Origin: Paludibacteraceae bacterium
GTDB taxonomy: Bacteria; Bacteroidota; Bacteroidia; Bacteroidales; Paludibacteraceae
Reading direction: 5' to 3'
DNA: 29,602 nucleotides
NCBI GenBank assembly: GCA_017960065.1
Contig: JAGCZK010000038.1
Coordinates: 1 to 29,602, forward strand
This document shows positions 7,897 through 18,282 of the stretch, piece by piece. The translations under genes and the position numbers were made by a program. The stretch's first letter is position 1. The number at the start of each line of letters is the position of its first letter. The notes under the pieces were generated by a model. That model did no database searches and was not told the DNA's origin. It saw nothing but the letters and a program-made list of their open reading frames with translations.

Positions 7897-9123
7897 ATGA
7901 GAAAAAACCTTTGTCTGCTGATTGGGTGGTGCATGGGAATGGGAGTCGCGCTGGCGCACCCCACCTGCATCGAAGGACGGGCGACCGACTATGCCGGCCG
8001 CAAGCTGCAGCTTTCGACCATTACCGACGGGCTCAGCGAACAGCGCCGCCTGCTGGCATCGGACACCGTGGCCTCCGACGGCCGGTTCCGGCTCGAATTC
8101 GAGTTGTCGGAAACCCGCATGCTCTGCCTCGACTTGGGACATTACGAAGGGCGCCTCTACGCCGAGCCCGGCAAGCATTACGAAATCGCCCTGCCCGAGC
8201 GTCAGGACCTGACCGAGGCCGAGCGCTTCAACCCCTACTTCCGCCCGAAACTGATTCTGCTCAGTCTCATCGACCCGCCGGCCGACGACCTCAACCTGCT
8301 CATCGACCGCTTTGACGAAACCGCCGATTCGGTTTGGGAAGACTGCCTGTTCGGGGGAGGACGGCCCGAACTCATCGAAGCGGGCGTCAACCGGCTCGAA
8401 GAGGAGTTTCCGGCCGACGAGCACAGCTTTTTCGGTCGCTACAAACGCTACAACTACGCCATGCTGGTCAACCTTTACCGCTAGAATTCGCAGGCACTGG
8501 CCATCGATAACTTTTTCGCCCACGACAGCATCGATTTTGCCAATCCGGCCTGGTGGGAGGCCTTCGACCTGGTGTTCGAAGTCTTTGACCGCCCCGACGT
8601 GTTGGCCGAAAATGTGCCTCTGGCCGATTTGGTGCGCATCAACAACGTGCTGCGGCACAAAGCGGACCCGGCCGATCTCGATGCCGTCAACAGCCCGGGC
8701 GTGGCCGACATTGCCCGTTATTTCAAGAAACTGCTGACCGCCGGGGCTGTAGGGTCAAGCGTGGGCGAAGGTTGGATCAACCTGCAAGGCGACTCGGTAT
8801 TCGCAGCCGACGAGGCCCACCGCCCCACTTACCTCATCTTCGCCAACCGCCAGATCATCGAATGCAAGTCCGACATTTCGTATGCCAAAACGCTGGCCCG
8901 CAAATGGGAAAAGCGCTGCCGCTTCATCATTGTCTATGCCAACGAGGCCGAAATCCCCAAGGAAAAACCTTCCGACTACATCGAATACCTCTGCACCCAG
9001 CACAACCCGACCATTTTGGAAGATTTCGGGCTTCGGGCCCTGCCGGCCTACGTGCTGCTCGACGCCGAGGGACGCATCCAGCAGTCGCCGGCCCCCAACC
9101 CCGAGCGCTACCTCCCCGAATAA
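7897..9123 (+). pseudogene. Exported protein with C-terminal thioredoxin-like (TlpA/peroxiredoxin-type) domain, interrupted by one in-frame TAG at 8482-8484
   Basis: ORFs 7858-8484 and 8572-9123 share a frame. After the TAG the frame continues without stops (NSQALAIDNFFAHD...WWEAFDLVFEVF). Signal peptide at the N-terminus. C-terminus DFGLRALPAYVLLDAEGRI is TlpA-like, but a single Cys replaces CxxC. Confidence 0.7.
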
Positions 9124-9135
9124 TCCGCACACACC

Positions 9136-9879
9136 ATGATACAGATTCGCAAACAGCTTCCGAACATCATTACCCTCTGCAACCTGCTCTGCGGCTGCAT
9201 AGCGGTTCAAAAGGCCTTTAATTACGATACCGACGGCGCCACCCTCTACATTTTGCTGGCCGCCGTCTTTGACTTTTTCGACGGCTTTGTCGCCCGCAAA
9301 CTGGGGGTCAGTTCGCCCATCGGCAAGGAACTGGACTCTTTGGCCGACGTCGTTTCGTTTGGTCTGGCCCCTTCGGTGATGCTGTACTGTTTCTTGAAAA
9401 CCCAGCTGTTTCCGTGCCTCAACACGTTGGAGTTGAGCCCGGTTGAGCTGCTGCCCTACTGCGCCTTTCTGATCGCGGCCTTTTCGGCCTACCGGCTGGC
9501 CAAATTCAACCTCGACGAGCGCCAGACACACGGGTTCCTGGGCGTTCCGACCCCGGCCAACGCCCTGCTGCTGATTGGCCTGAGCACCAGCCATCTGGCC
9601 GAGCAGCTTGTCTATGGACGCCTTTGGGCGGTTGCCCTGATCGCCCTGGTGGTCGTTCCGGCGCTGTGCTACCTGCTGGTTTGCGAAATTCCGATGTTTT
9701 CGTTTAAGAGCGGCAAACGCTGGCCCTATGTGTTTGCCATCGCCGCTGCCGTGGTGAGCGAGGCTGTCGCCCTGTGGCACCCGTACGACGGCACCGGGCT
9801 GCTGCTCAGCATGCTCGTTTATGTCGGCATCGGCCTGGGCCTTCACTTCTTCGGAAAAAACCATGAACCCGCTGCTTAA
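9136..9879 (+). CDS. pssA: CDP-diacylglycerol--serine O-phosphatidyltransferase
   Basis: [10 protein letters not shown], the CDP-alcohol phosphotransferase motif DFFDGFVAR...[20 protein letters not shown] and FLGVPTPA. Confidence 0.92.
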   Translation: MIQIRKQLPNIITLCNLLCGCIAVQKAFNYDTDGATLYILLAAVFDFFDGFVARKLGVSSPIGKELDSLADVVSFGLAPSVMLYCFLKTQLFPCLNTLELSPVELLPYCAFLIAAFSAYRLAKFNLDERQTHGFLGVPTPANALLLIGLSTSHLAEQLVYGRLWAVALIALVVVPALCYLLVCEIPMFSFKSGKRWPYVFAIAAAVVSEAVALWHPYDGTGLLLSMLVYVGIGLGLHFFGKNHEPAA

Positions 9880-10093
9880 GTTTTTGGGAAAGCTGGTGCT
9901 GCTGCCGGTACACTTTTACCGCCACTGCATTTCGCCGCTGACGCCGCCCTCGTGCCGCTACACCCCCACCTGCTCACAATACATGGTGGAGGCCGTTACC
10001 AAATACGGGCCGTTCAAAGGCGGCTGGCTGGGCATCAAACGCCTGCTGCGCTGCCATCCCTGGGGCGGCAGCGGATACGATCCTGTTCCTTAA
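9863..10093 (+). CDS. yidD: Membrane protein insertion efficiency factor YidD
   Basis: Contains [23 protein letters not shown] and [17 protein letters not shown]. The start overlaps the last 17 nt of pssA. Confidence 0.95.
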   Translation: MNPLLKFLGKLVLLPVHFYRHCISPLTPPSCRYTPTCSQYMVEAVTKYGPFKGGWLGIKRLLRCHPWGGSGYDPVP

Positions 10094-10102
10094 AAAAACG
10101 GC

Positions 10103-11920
10103 TTAGTCGAGCGGAGAAGATTCGCGGTACTGATCAACCACCGAGATGACCGTATCGGCCACCTTGAGACACTCCGACATCAGATCCATGTACGAAACTC
10201 CGGCCAGATACGGATACCGGTGCTCTTTGATGTCGCCGGCATTCTGCATTTTGAGGGTTTCGTAGCGCTGATAGACCGGGTCGCGCAGACGCTCGGTCGA
10301 GGTGACGGCCTGTACGCGGGTGTCCATGTCGGGAGCACGCAGCACTTCGAGCAGCCCGTTGAGCAAGGGCGCCACCAACTCAAACATCTCTTCGACCGAC
10401 TCGTTGAGTTCTTCGATGTATTCGTACCCCTCCTGGTTTTTGCGTAAGATGTGGCGCGACATGGCGTAAAACTCATCGCCCAACGACTCGATTTCGGAAA
10501 TCACCCGCAAGAACACATGCACGTTGCGCTTGCCGGTTTCGTTGAGGCGCCCCTCGGCCACATGGGTGATGTAGTTGGCGATTTCGACCTCCATCCGGTC
10601 GCAGATGTCCTCGTATTTGGCGATACGGGCCGAGATTTGCGCGATGTCCTCTTCGGTGGTCTGACGGTATAGCGACCGTACCATGCCGAACATGCGGGTA
10701 CACCGCTCGGCGAATACCGCGATTTCTTTATCGGCCTGCAGCAGCGACAGTTCGGAAGTCGGCATCATGGCCCCTTCAATCACCGACAAGCGGAATTTTT
10801 CGTTGCCGCGCCGGTCGGGCAGTATCCACGAGGCCAGTTTGACGAGGTAGCGGTCGAATCCGATCAGCAAAACGGCAGTGGCCAGGTTGAAGAAACTATG
10901 GAAGAAGGCCAATCCCAACACGCACGAAAAGCGCGAATCGACAAAGGCGGCTTTGGTTTCGAGCAACGCGGGCGTCAGTACGGCGTTGGGATCGGTCAGC
11001 TGCACCAGCACGCGGGGGTCGAGTTCGCGGATGTAGCGGGCAAAAGCCGTCGGGTCGCCCCACCCAAGCCCCTGCAAAGACCACGACACAAACTGCGACA
11101 CCGGGCCGCTCAGCAACAGCACCCAAATCAGGCCCACCGCATTGAACAGGCTATGCACCACGGCCACCCGTTTGGCCGAATAGTTGGCCGGGATGGCCGA
11201 CACATGGGGCATGACCGTGGCACCGAGATTGATACCGGTGAGGGCGGCCAAGGCAACTTCGAAAGGCAGGTAGCCCTTCGAGCTTAGAATCATGACCAGC
11301 ACCACCGAAGCCAGCGACGACTGGGTCACCACCGCAATCAGGAATCCGATCAGCGCCCACATCAGCAGCATGCCCATGCCCACCTGTCCGTAGTGCGACA
11401 AGAAGGCCAGCAGCTCGGGCTGTGCGCTCAGTTCCGGAATCAGCGAACTCATCAGGCCGAAGCCGGCAAACAACAGGCAGAAGCCCATCAGCACCTCGCC
11501 GAAAGATTTGCGACGGCCGTTGGTGGAAAAAAGGAAGGGCAGCGACAGGGCCACCAGGGGCAACACCCACACGGCCACCGTCAGTTTATAACCGAAGATG
11601 GCGACGAGCCAGGCCGACACCGTCGTCCCGACATTGGCCCCCAGCACCAGCGAAACCGCCTGGGTCAGGTTGAGGATGCCGGCATTGACCGCACTCTCGA
11701 CCGAAACGACCACCGACGAAGACGACTGGACCACCAGGGTCATCATAAAACCGATCAGACCGCCCACCACCCGGCTTTTGTTGATTCGCCGGATACCGGC
11801 ACGCAATTGGGTGGCGAAGAGTTTTTGCAAGCCCTCGCTGAACAGTTTCAGTCCGTAGAGCAGCACTCCGGCCGAACCGACCAGACAGAGAAAATCAAAA
11901 AAAGTAAAGTTGCCCATCAT
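10103..11920 (-). CDS. Na+/Pi cotransporter family protein with C-terminal PhoU-like domain
   Basis: Motifs LYGLKLFSEGLQK, VVQSSSS, GANVGTT, VTQSSLAS, GINLGAT and HSLFN. Soluble helical tail with KYEDICDRMEVEIANY and ESLGD. Confidence 0.9.
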   Translation of the reverse strand: MMGNFTFFDFLCLVGSAGVLLYGLKLFSEGLQKLFATQLRAGIRRINKSRVVGGLIGFMMTLVVQSSSSVVVSVESAVNAGILNLTQAVSLVLGANVGTTVSAWLVAIFGYKLTVAVWVLPLVALSLPFLFSTNGRRKSFGEVLMGFCLLFAGFGLMSSLIPELSAQPELLAFLSHYGQVGMGMLLMWALIGFLIAVVTQSSLASVVLVMILSSKGYLPFEVALAALTGINLGATVMPHVSAIPANYSAKRVAVVHSLFNAVGLIWVLLLSGPVSQFVSWSLQGLGWGDPTAFARYIRELDPRVLVQLTDPNAVLTPALLETKAAFVDSRFSCVLGLAFFHSFFNLATAVLLIGFDRYLVKLASWILPDRRGNEKFRLSVIEGAMMPTSELSLLQADKEIAVFAERCTRMFGMVRSLYRQTTEEDIAQISARIAKYEDICDRMEVEIANYITHVAEGRLNETGKRNVHVFLRVISEIESLGDEFYAMSRHILRKNQEGYEYIEELNESVEEMFELVAPLLNGLLEVLRAPDMDTRVQAVTSTERLRDPVYQRYETLKMQNAGDIKEHRYPYLAGVSYMDLMSECLKVADTVISVVDQYRESSPLD

Positions 11921-11939
11921 TTCGTTTCCCTTTGGAATA

Positions 11940-11947
11940 CAAATATA
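11940..11947 (-). promoter_or_regulatory. Bacteroidota -7 box (TATATTTG) for the Na/Pi transporter
   Basis: Plus-strand caaatata lies 19 nt upstream of the start codon. Confidence 0.6.
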
Positions 11948-12049
11948 AAAGAAATTTTTGTAATTTTACGAAAGCCTTCGGCGCAAATCGGACGGCATTC
12001 GCTCATTTTGTGCCGGAATCGCCCCTATAACCATTTAAAAATCAGTACT

Positions 12050-13714
12050 ATGACAGGAAACCGAATCGAAATCATCTGCAAAAACAACCACGAACGCATC
12101 AATGCGCCCGTCGGCATCACCCTGCGCGAACTGGCCCTGCTTCTCAAAATCGAACTCAAAAGCGACATTCTGGCCGCTTACGTCAATAACAAACTGACCG
12201 CCCTCGACACGGCCCTGTACCGCAACCGCACCGTCGAATTCGTCGATGTCTGCTCGGCAAGCGGGCAACGGGTCTATCTGCGTTCGATGACCATGCTCAT
12301 CTACAAAGCGCTGCACGACTGCTTCCCCAACCATGTGCTGGAGGTGGAGCACGCCATTTCCAACGGCTACCTGATGTCGATCCGCAAGGGCGACAGTTCG
12401 CTGACAGCCAAACAGTTGGCAACGCTCAATGCGCACATTGCCGAGCTGATTCAGGCCGACCTGACCTACAACCGGCATTTCGAACCCCGCAAAGAGGTCA
12501 TTCAGCATTTTGCGGAAATCGGCAACGAAAACACCGCCGAGCTGCTGCGCAACCAAAAGACTTATTATACCGACTATTACGACCTCGACGGGCTGCCCGA
12601 CTTTTACCAGGGCACGCTGGTCCCCTCAACGGGCTACCTCAAGCTCTATGCGCTGGAGCCTTACATCGACGGCTTTTTGCTGCGCATTCCGAGTGTCAAA
12701 GACCCCAATGTCCTGCCAGAGGCCATTCCTGCCCAGAAAGTGTACGCCACCTTCCAGGAACACCTGCGCTGGAGCCATATCCTGGGGCTGCACCATGTGT
12801 CGGACATTGACAAAATCGACGACAAGCAAATGTCGCTGCTGGTAAAGGTCACCGAAGCGCTGCACGAGCAGAAAATCGCCCGCATCGCCGATGAAATCGT
12901 CAAGCGCGGCAATGTGCGGGTCATTTTGATTGCCGGGCCGTCGTCGTCGGGCAAGACCACCTTCAGCAAGCGCTTGAGCATCCAACTGGGCGCATCGGGC
13001 ATCATTCCGCGCGTACTGGCCCTCGACGACTACTTTGTCAACCGCGAGAACACCCCGCTCGACGAAAACGGCGAGCACGATTTCGAATCGCTCTACGCCC
13101 TCGACCTTGAGTTTTTCCACCAACAGCTGGGCGACCTAATTGCCGGAAAGGAAATCCAACCGCCTACCTACAATTTCGAAACGGGCAAGCGCGAGTTCAA
13201 ACGGCCCAAGTATTCGCTCAAACCGTCGGAGGTGCTGGTGATTGAGGGCATTCACGGCCTGAACCCCGAGTTGACGGCCACCATTCCGCCCGAAAACAAG
13301 TTCTTGATTTACGCTTCGGCCCTGACCACGCTGACCATCAACAACCACACCCGGATTCCGACCACCGACACGCGCCTGCTGCGCCGCATCATCCGCGACA
13401 TGAAGTACCGCGCCTATCCGGCCGAAAAAACGATTTTGCGCTGGCCGAGCGTACGCCGTGGCGAGGAAAAATGGATTTTCCCCTTCCAGGAGAATGCCGA
13501 CGCCATTTTCAACTCGGCGCTGATTACCGAAACCTTTGCGCTGAAATCGCAGGCGGAGACTGCCCTCAACGAGGTGCCGCAAGACTCCGACGCCTATCCC
13601 GAGGCTTCGCGTCTGCTACGGTTGCTGCAATACTTCAAGCCGATTCCCGACCACATCATTCCGCTCAATTCGCTCATCCGCGAATTTGTCGGCGGCAGCG
13701 ATTTTCATTATTAG
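12050..13714 (+). CDS. Nucleoside (uridine) kinase with N-terminal ThrRS-like TGS/SAD region, 554 aa
   Basis: Real start is MTGNRIEIIC. The ThrRS-like N-terminus has AAYVNNK, YLRS and HAISNGY. P-loop IAGPSSSGKTT, then LDDYF, IEGIHGLN and RLLRRIIRD...R, and NSLIREFVGGS. Confidence 0.88.
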   Translation: MTGNRIEIICKNNHERINAPVGITLRELALLLKIELKSDILAAYVNNKLTALDTALYRNRTVEFVDVCSASGQRVYLRSMTMLIYKALHDCFPNHVLEVEHAISNGYLMSIRKGDSSLTAKQLATLNAHIAELIQADLTYNRHFEPRKEVIQHFAEIGNENTAELLRNQKTYYTDYYDLDGLPDFYQGTLVPSTGYLKLYALEPYIDGFLLRIPSVKDPNVLPEAIPAQKVYATFQEHLRWSHILGLHHVSDIDKIDDKQMSLLVKVTEALHEQKIARIADEIVKRGNVRVILIAGPSSSGKTTFSKRLSIQLGASGIIPRVLALDDYFVNRENTPLDENGEHDFESLYALDLEFFHQQLGDLIAGKEIQPPTYNFETGKREFKRPKYSLKPSEVLVIEGIHGLNPELTATIPPENKFLIYASALTTLTINNHTRIPTTDTRLLRRIIRDMKYRAYPAEKTILRWPSVRRGEEKWIFPFQENADAIFNSALITETFALKSQAETALNEVPQDSDAYPEASRLLRLLQYFKPIPDHIIPLNSLIREFVGGSDFHY

Positions 13715-13734
13715 ACCTCACCTCCGGGCGAGGT
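13715..13734. terminator. Hairpin filling the 20-nt gap between convergent stop codons
   Basis: Minus strand acctcgcc-cgga-ggtgaggt forms an 8-bp stem with one G-U pair. There is no U-tract, so its terminator role is uncertain. Confidence 0.4.
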
Positions 13735-15075
13735 TTACGGTTGCCGGTTCAAATCATTGAATCTGCGGAGCGACGAGCGGTAGGCAATGCGCGAATCGGT
13801 GCAGTTGTCGTGCGCCGACAATAGCAGCGCATAACTTTCGAGCAGCTCGCTCATGGTGGCCATGCCCGCCTCGTAGTTGAGCAACGAGAGGCGGTAGTTT
13901 TCGGTGGCCATTTCGAGCGAGCTTTCGCGCTCGCGCATGAGCTGCACCGCTTCGGTCAGCTGCATATACACCTGCTCGTTCTGCAACAACATCTTCCGGC
14001 GCAAATCGTCTTGCATCGACTCGGCCTGACGGATACGAATGTCGTGGATCTTCAGCTTGTGGCTCATCTCCCACCATTGCGTCAGCGGAATCTGCAAGGT
14101 CAGCAGCCCCACCAGATTGGCGTTTCCACTGCCATAAAAATCGGAATAGCCGCCAAAGGCCGTGAGGGCCACCAGGGGGAGCGCCTCGCCCATGGTCAGC
14201 CGTTTTTGCAACTGCTCGGCCTGCACGTTGAGCGACAGCAACTCGTACTCGGGACGGGATTCGATGGCGAAGGTATCGACCGGAGCCACCATTACCAACG
14301 TGGTGTCAAAGGGTTCGAACTCCCATTCGCCCTCGTAGGGGCGTCCCACTTGCAGGCACAGAAACTTGGTGGCGAGCCGGATGCCGTTTTCGAGCTGCAA
14401 CTGCTTGGTTTCCATTTCGTTGCGTTTGAGCTTGACCCGCAACAGGTCGTTGTTCGACACCAATCCGGCCCCGTACGCCGTTTCGGCCACATGCGACACG
14501 GTATCGAGCAGGTTCATCACCGCCTGCAGGGTGGCGCGTTTTTCTTGCAGACCGGCCACCATCCAATAGGTTTCCTCCACTTCCTGCAACAGGTCGCGCT
14601 CGGTCATCGCCGACTTTTCTTCGGCCGCCCGGACACCCAGTTGGGTCAGTTTGTGGCCGGTCACAATCCGTCCGCCCGCATAAAGTGGCTGCACCAGTTT
14701 GCCGCCGACCGAAAACCCCTGCTGCATCAGGTCGATACGCTGCGACACCTGGGTATTCGGATCGAGCTCGCGGGCAAAATCGTACAACAGCTGGACCAGG
14801 TTACGGCCCAACTCGGTCTGCGGAAGGGTCTGCACATCGACCGACACCATCGGCCGGACCGCCATAAACCCCAGTGCGGTGGCATCGACTTGCGGGAAAA
14901 ATTTGGTAAAGACCTGCCGTTGCAACTCTTGCGACGCCTCCACCTCCCAACGCGACGCCTGCAAGGCGGCGTTGTTGGACCGGGCCCACGACAGGCAGGA
15001 ATCCAAGGGAACCACTTCGGCATGCAGCGAAGCAAGCACCAGACACAGGAGAACCGACAGCAGACTCTTTTTCAT
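13735..15075 (-). CDS. TolC family outer membrane efflux protein
   Basis: Signal peptide, then WARSNNAAL, FFPQVD, VQPLYAGGRI, VEETYW, IPLTQW and LNYEAGMATMSELL. It is adjacent to the RND and MFP genes. Confidence 0.9.
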   Translation of the reverse strand: MKKSLLSVLLCLVLASLHAEVVPLDSCLSWARSNNAALQASRWEVEASQELQRQVFTKFFPQVDATALGFMAVRPMVSVDVQTLPQTELGRNLVQLLYDFARELDPNTQVSQRIDLMQQGFSVGGKLVQPLYAGGRIVTGHKLTQLGVRAAEEKSAMTERDLLQEVEETYWMVAGLQEKRATLQAVMNLLDTVSHVAETAYGAGLVSNNDLLRVKLKRNEMETKQLQLENGIRLATKFLCLQVGRPYEGEWEFEPFDTTLVMVAPVDTFAIESRPEYELLSLNVQAEQLQKRLTMGEALPLVALTAFGGYSDFYGSGNANLVGLLTLQIPLTQWWEMSHKLKIHDIRIRQAESMQDDLRRKMLLQNEQVYMQLTEAVQLMRERESSLEMATENYRLSLLNYEAGMATMSELLESYALLLSAHDNCTDSRIAYRSSLRRFNDLNRQP

Positions 15076-18000
15076 TCCTTTTTATGCTTTTTTTCTTGTT
15101 TTTCGTTGAAAGCCTCGATTTTCTCATCGCGCACCTCGAGCAGATGGTCAAAATTGGTCTGGGCCTTTTTCATCCGCTCCTTGCGACGGACCTGCCGGTC
15201 GAACACCACGCTGTAGGCCACCGGCAAGACGGTCACCACCATCGGCAGGGTAAAGAGGGTGCCAAAGCAAATCACCACGCCCATGGGCATCCACAGCAAG
15301 GTCCGCGCCATAATCATCGGCACCACGCCCAAGGCGGTCGTGGCCGAGGTCAGGAATATCGGCCGCATACGGCGCAAGCCCCCCTGATAGGCCGCTTCGC
15401 TCACCGGCAGATGGTGTTTGACAATCAGCTCGTCGATGTAGTCGTACATGATGATGGCGTTGCGTACAATGATGCCGATCAGCGAAATCACGCCCAGTAT
15501 GGCGGTAATGCCCAAATCGAGGCCGAAAATCCAGAGGCCGAATGCTGCGCCAAACAGGCACAACATGCTTTGAGAGATGCTCAACAGCGAGATTCCCAAC
15601 TTCTTGTAGTGAATCACCAACACGAGGAACATGACCACAATGGCCGCCACCACCGACCAGATGATGCCCGACAGGGTGTTGGCAATCACTTCCTTGCTGC
15701 CACCCGGTTTCCAGGTCACGCCTTCGGGCAGCGGAAGCTGCGCCACCTGTTTGACCAGGCGGTTGAACGATTTGGACTGCGACGCACCCGGCACCACATC
15801 GGCGCCGACGGTGATGCAACGCCGGCCGTTGCGGTGCGGCAGCTGGCTGTGATGGAAGCGGGGCTCGAGATGGGCCACTTGGCGCAAAGGCACCCAGACC
15901 CCCGGCTCGGCCGTCGGAATCAGCAAGTCACCAAGTGATTCATAATCAATATCGTGTACCCCTTCGGTATAAACCGTAAGCGGCACTTCGTAATTGTTTT
16001 CCCAATAAGAGGTAAGCTGACTACCGGTCATGGCTCCGGCCAGATAGACCGAAAGCGTCGCCTGGCTGATTCCCATGCGGTTCGACACATCGGGGTCGAG
16101 CACCACCTCGACCAGTTCCTCCACCTCATCGATATCGGATTGGACGAAACAGAACTCGGGCGTCTCTTTCATCAGGCGCAAAACGGAGTCGCGCACGGGC
16201 AGCATCGACTCGTAATCCTCGCTGTAGAGGCGGATTTCGACCGGCGACCGCAAGACTTGGTAATCCATCTGCTTGAAGCGGATCTGAGCCTTCGGAAAAT
16301 GATTCTCGTAGCGCTGCGGATAAATCTTCATCAACTCCTTGGTCGCCTTTTCGGAGGTGGTGTTGACGATAAACTGTGCGTATGCGCTGTTGGCCATCTG
16401 CGGCGCGTATGTCATGTGGAAACGGGGCGACGACATGCCGACAAACTGCGTGATGGACAAGACCCGGGGGTCGGCTTGCAAGACCTTGGCCAGCGAGTCG
16501 GCCACCTGGGCGGTTTCTTGCAACGAAGCCCCGGCCGAGAGGTGGATTTCGACGGCCAGGCAGTCGCGCTCGGCTTTGGGGAACAGCTGGAAGTTGAGTT
16601 GCGTGCACAGGAACACGCCCAACAGCACCGAAACGATGGGCACCAACAAGGTGGTCTTTTTGTGTTTGAAACACCAGTCGAGCAAGGTGCGATAGGCGGC
16701 CTGCAAATATCCGAAGAAGCGGTCCTGCGCCTTTTCGATCGGCGACATCCGTTTTTTGGACACGGGTCGGATGACCATGGCCGACATAAACGGAATCACC
16801 CAAACGGCATACAGGTAACTGCAGGTCAGCACGATGAAAATCGTCCAGGGAAAGAGGTTGACGAAATCGCGAATGTCGCCCTTCAGAAACTTGAGCATGG
16901 GGAAGAACATGGCCGAAATCGAACAGGTGGCAATCAGCATCGACGACAAGAGTTTGGAGGTCGAAACCGAAGCGCTGTACCAGCGCGAATGCCCTTCGGT
17001 CAAGAGGTCGGAATAGCCGTCGATGACCACCACCGAATCGTCGACAATCATGCCCAGCACCACAATGAGCGCCGCCAGGGTGACGGTGTTGAGTTCGATG
17101 TTGAGGGCATACATGATGGCAAAGGCCGCACAAAAGCAGACCGGCACCGAAGTCGAGCTGACCAGGGCCGTCCGCAGCGGGAAGAGCATCAGCATCACCA
17201 CCACGACCACAATCATGGCCTCGAGCAGGTCCATCAAAAAGGAACGGACCGAACGGTCAACCACCTTGGGCTGGTCGGTAATGCGATGGATGTGGATATC
17301 GGGCGGAATCGATGCCTGAAAGGCCGAGATTTCCTTCTCGACCTCGCTGCCGAAATGCACCACATTGTTGCCCGGACGCATCTCCATCGACAGGATGACA
17401 CATCCGGCATTCGAAATCGAGTCGTTGGTGTAGGACACGTATGGCCGGTCTTCCTGATAGCGGCGCTGCAGGGTGGCCACGTCTTTGAGACGGACCGACT
17501 GCCCCGACACCGGATCGGAATAGACAATCAGCTCGCTGAGCGTGTACATGTCTTCGAACGGAATCGACACATGGATAATCGCCGAGCCTTCGGTATTGCT
17601 GGCCCGGCCCGAGATGGTCCGGATACCATGGGCGGCCAGTTCGGTCGAAACCACCGAAGGCGAAACGGCGTATTGGGTCAGACGGGCGGGGTCCATCAGA
17701 ATCGCGACTTCTTCGCGCTGTTCGCCCAAGACCTTGATGTTGCCCATGCTGCGGATGGTACGCAGCCGGTCGCACAGGCGGTCGGTGTAGGCCCGCAGTT
17801 CGCGGCTGGGATGGCCGTCGCTTTCGATGGCCAGCAGCAGCGAAGACGAATTGCCGAAATCATCGACCACCGCGGTGGCCAACACCCCTTGGGGCAGATC
17901 GGTCGTTTGGAACAGCCGCAGGCCCTGCCGTATGCGCGACCAGGTAAGGGCGGCATTGTCCACCCCCTGCACCAGGGTCGCAAAAATGTAGAGCATACCG

Positions 18001-18275
18001 TCGCGGCTGTACGAGTACGTCCGGTTCTTGTCCACATCCGAAAAGGTGAACAGGTAGTTCTCCACCTTGGAGCTTACCTGACTTTCGATTTCCTCGGCCG
18101 TAGCGCCCGGATACACCACCGCCACCACCGCCACGCGGATCTCGGCGGAGGGGAACTCGTTTTTGTTCATACGCGGCAGGGCGATGAAGCCGAAAAGCAA
18201 CAGCATCGAGACGAAGAAAAACACCAGCAGGTGGTTCCGCATGAACGATTCGACCATATTTCGGCTGGCGGACAT
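15072..18275 (-). CDS. RND efflux transporter permease (AcrB/CzcA superfamily)
   Basis: Contains VVYPGATAEEIE, DQPKVV, LAALIVVLGMIVDDSVVVID, GIIVRNAII and RRMRPIFLTSATTALGVVPM. Alternative start at 18257. Confidence 0.93.
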   Translation of the reverse strand: MSASRNMVESFMRNHLLVFFFVSMLLLFGFIALPRMNKNEFPSAEIRVAVVAVVYPGATAEEIESQVSSKVENYLFTFSDVDKNRTYSYSRDGMLYIFATLVQGVDNAALTWSRIRQGLRLFQTTDLPQGVLATAVVDDFGNSSSLLLAIESDGHPSRELRAYTDRLCDRLRTIRSMGNIKVLGEQREEVAILMDPARLTQYAVSPSVVSTELAAHGIRTISGRASNTEGSAIIHVSIPFEDMYTLSELIVYSDPVSGQSVRLKDVATLQRRYQEDRPYVSYTNDSISNAGCVILSMEMRPGNNVVHFGSEVEKEISAFQASIPPDIHIHRITDQPKVVDRSVRSFLMDLLEAMIVVVVVMLMLFPLRTALVSSTSVPVCFCAAFAIMYALNIELNTVTLAALIVVLGMIVDDSVVVIDGYSDLLTEGHSRWYSASVSTSKLLSSMLIATCSISAMFFPMLKFLKGDIRDFVNLFPWTIFIVLTCSYLYAVWVIPFMSAMVIRPVSKKRMSPIEKAQDRFFGYLQAAYRTLLDWCFKHKKTTLLVPIVSVLLGVFLCTQLNFQLFPKAERDCLAVEIHLSAGASLQETAQVADSLAKVLQADPRVLSITQFVGMSSPRFHMTYAPQMANSAYAQFIVNTTSEKATKELMKIYPQRYENHFPKAQIRFKQMDYQVLRSPVEIRLYSEDYESMLPVRDSVLRLMKETPEFCFVQSDIDEVEELVEVVLDPDVSNRMGISQATLSVYLAGAMTGSQLTSYWENNYEVPLTVYTEGVHDIDYESLGDLLIPTAEPGVWVPLRQVAHLEPRFHHSQLPHRNGRRCITVGADVVPGASQSKSFNRLVKQVAQLPLPEGVTWKPGGSKEVIANTLSGIIWSVVAAIVVMFLVLVIHYKKLGISLLSISQSMLCLFGAAFGLWIFGLDLGITAILGVISLIGIIVRNAIIMYDYIDELIVKHHLPVSEAAYQGGLRRMRPIFLTSATTALGVVPMIMARTLLWMPMGVVICFGTLFTLPMVVTVLPVAYSVVFDRQVRRKERMKKAQTNFDHLLEVRDEKIEAFNEKQEKKHKKE

Positions 18276-18282
18276 AGGCTTA

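Noticed and set aside
8482-8484. Genome-wide TAG reassignment (alternative genetic code)
   Set aside because: recX, the 527 gene, the kinase, abi and both 23.8-26.4 kb genes end in TAG at expected protein ends.
11393-12049. 219-aa N-terminal extension of the kinase ORF
   Set aside because: It overlaps the Na/Pi gene antisense and the divergent promoter region. Homology-like sequence begins at MTGNRIEI.
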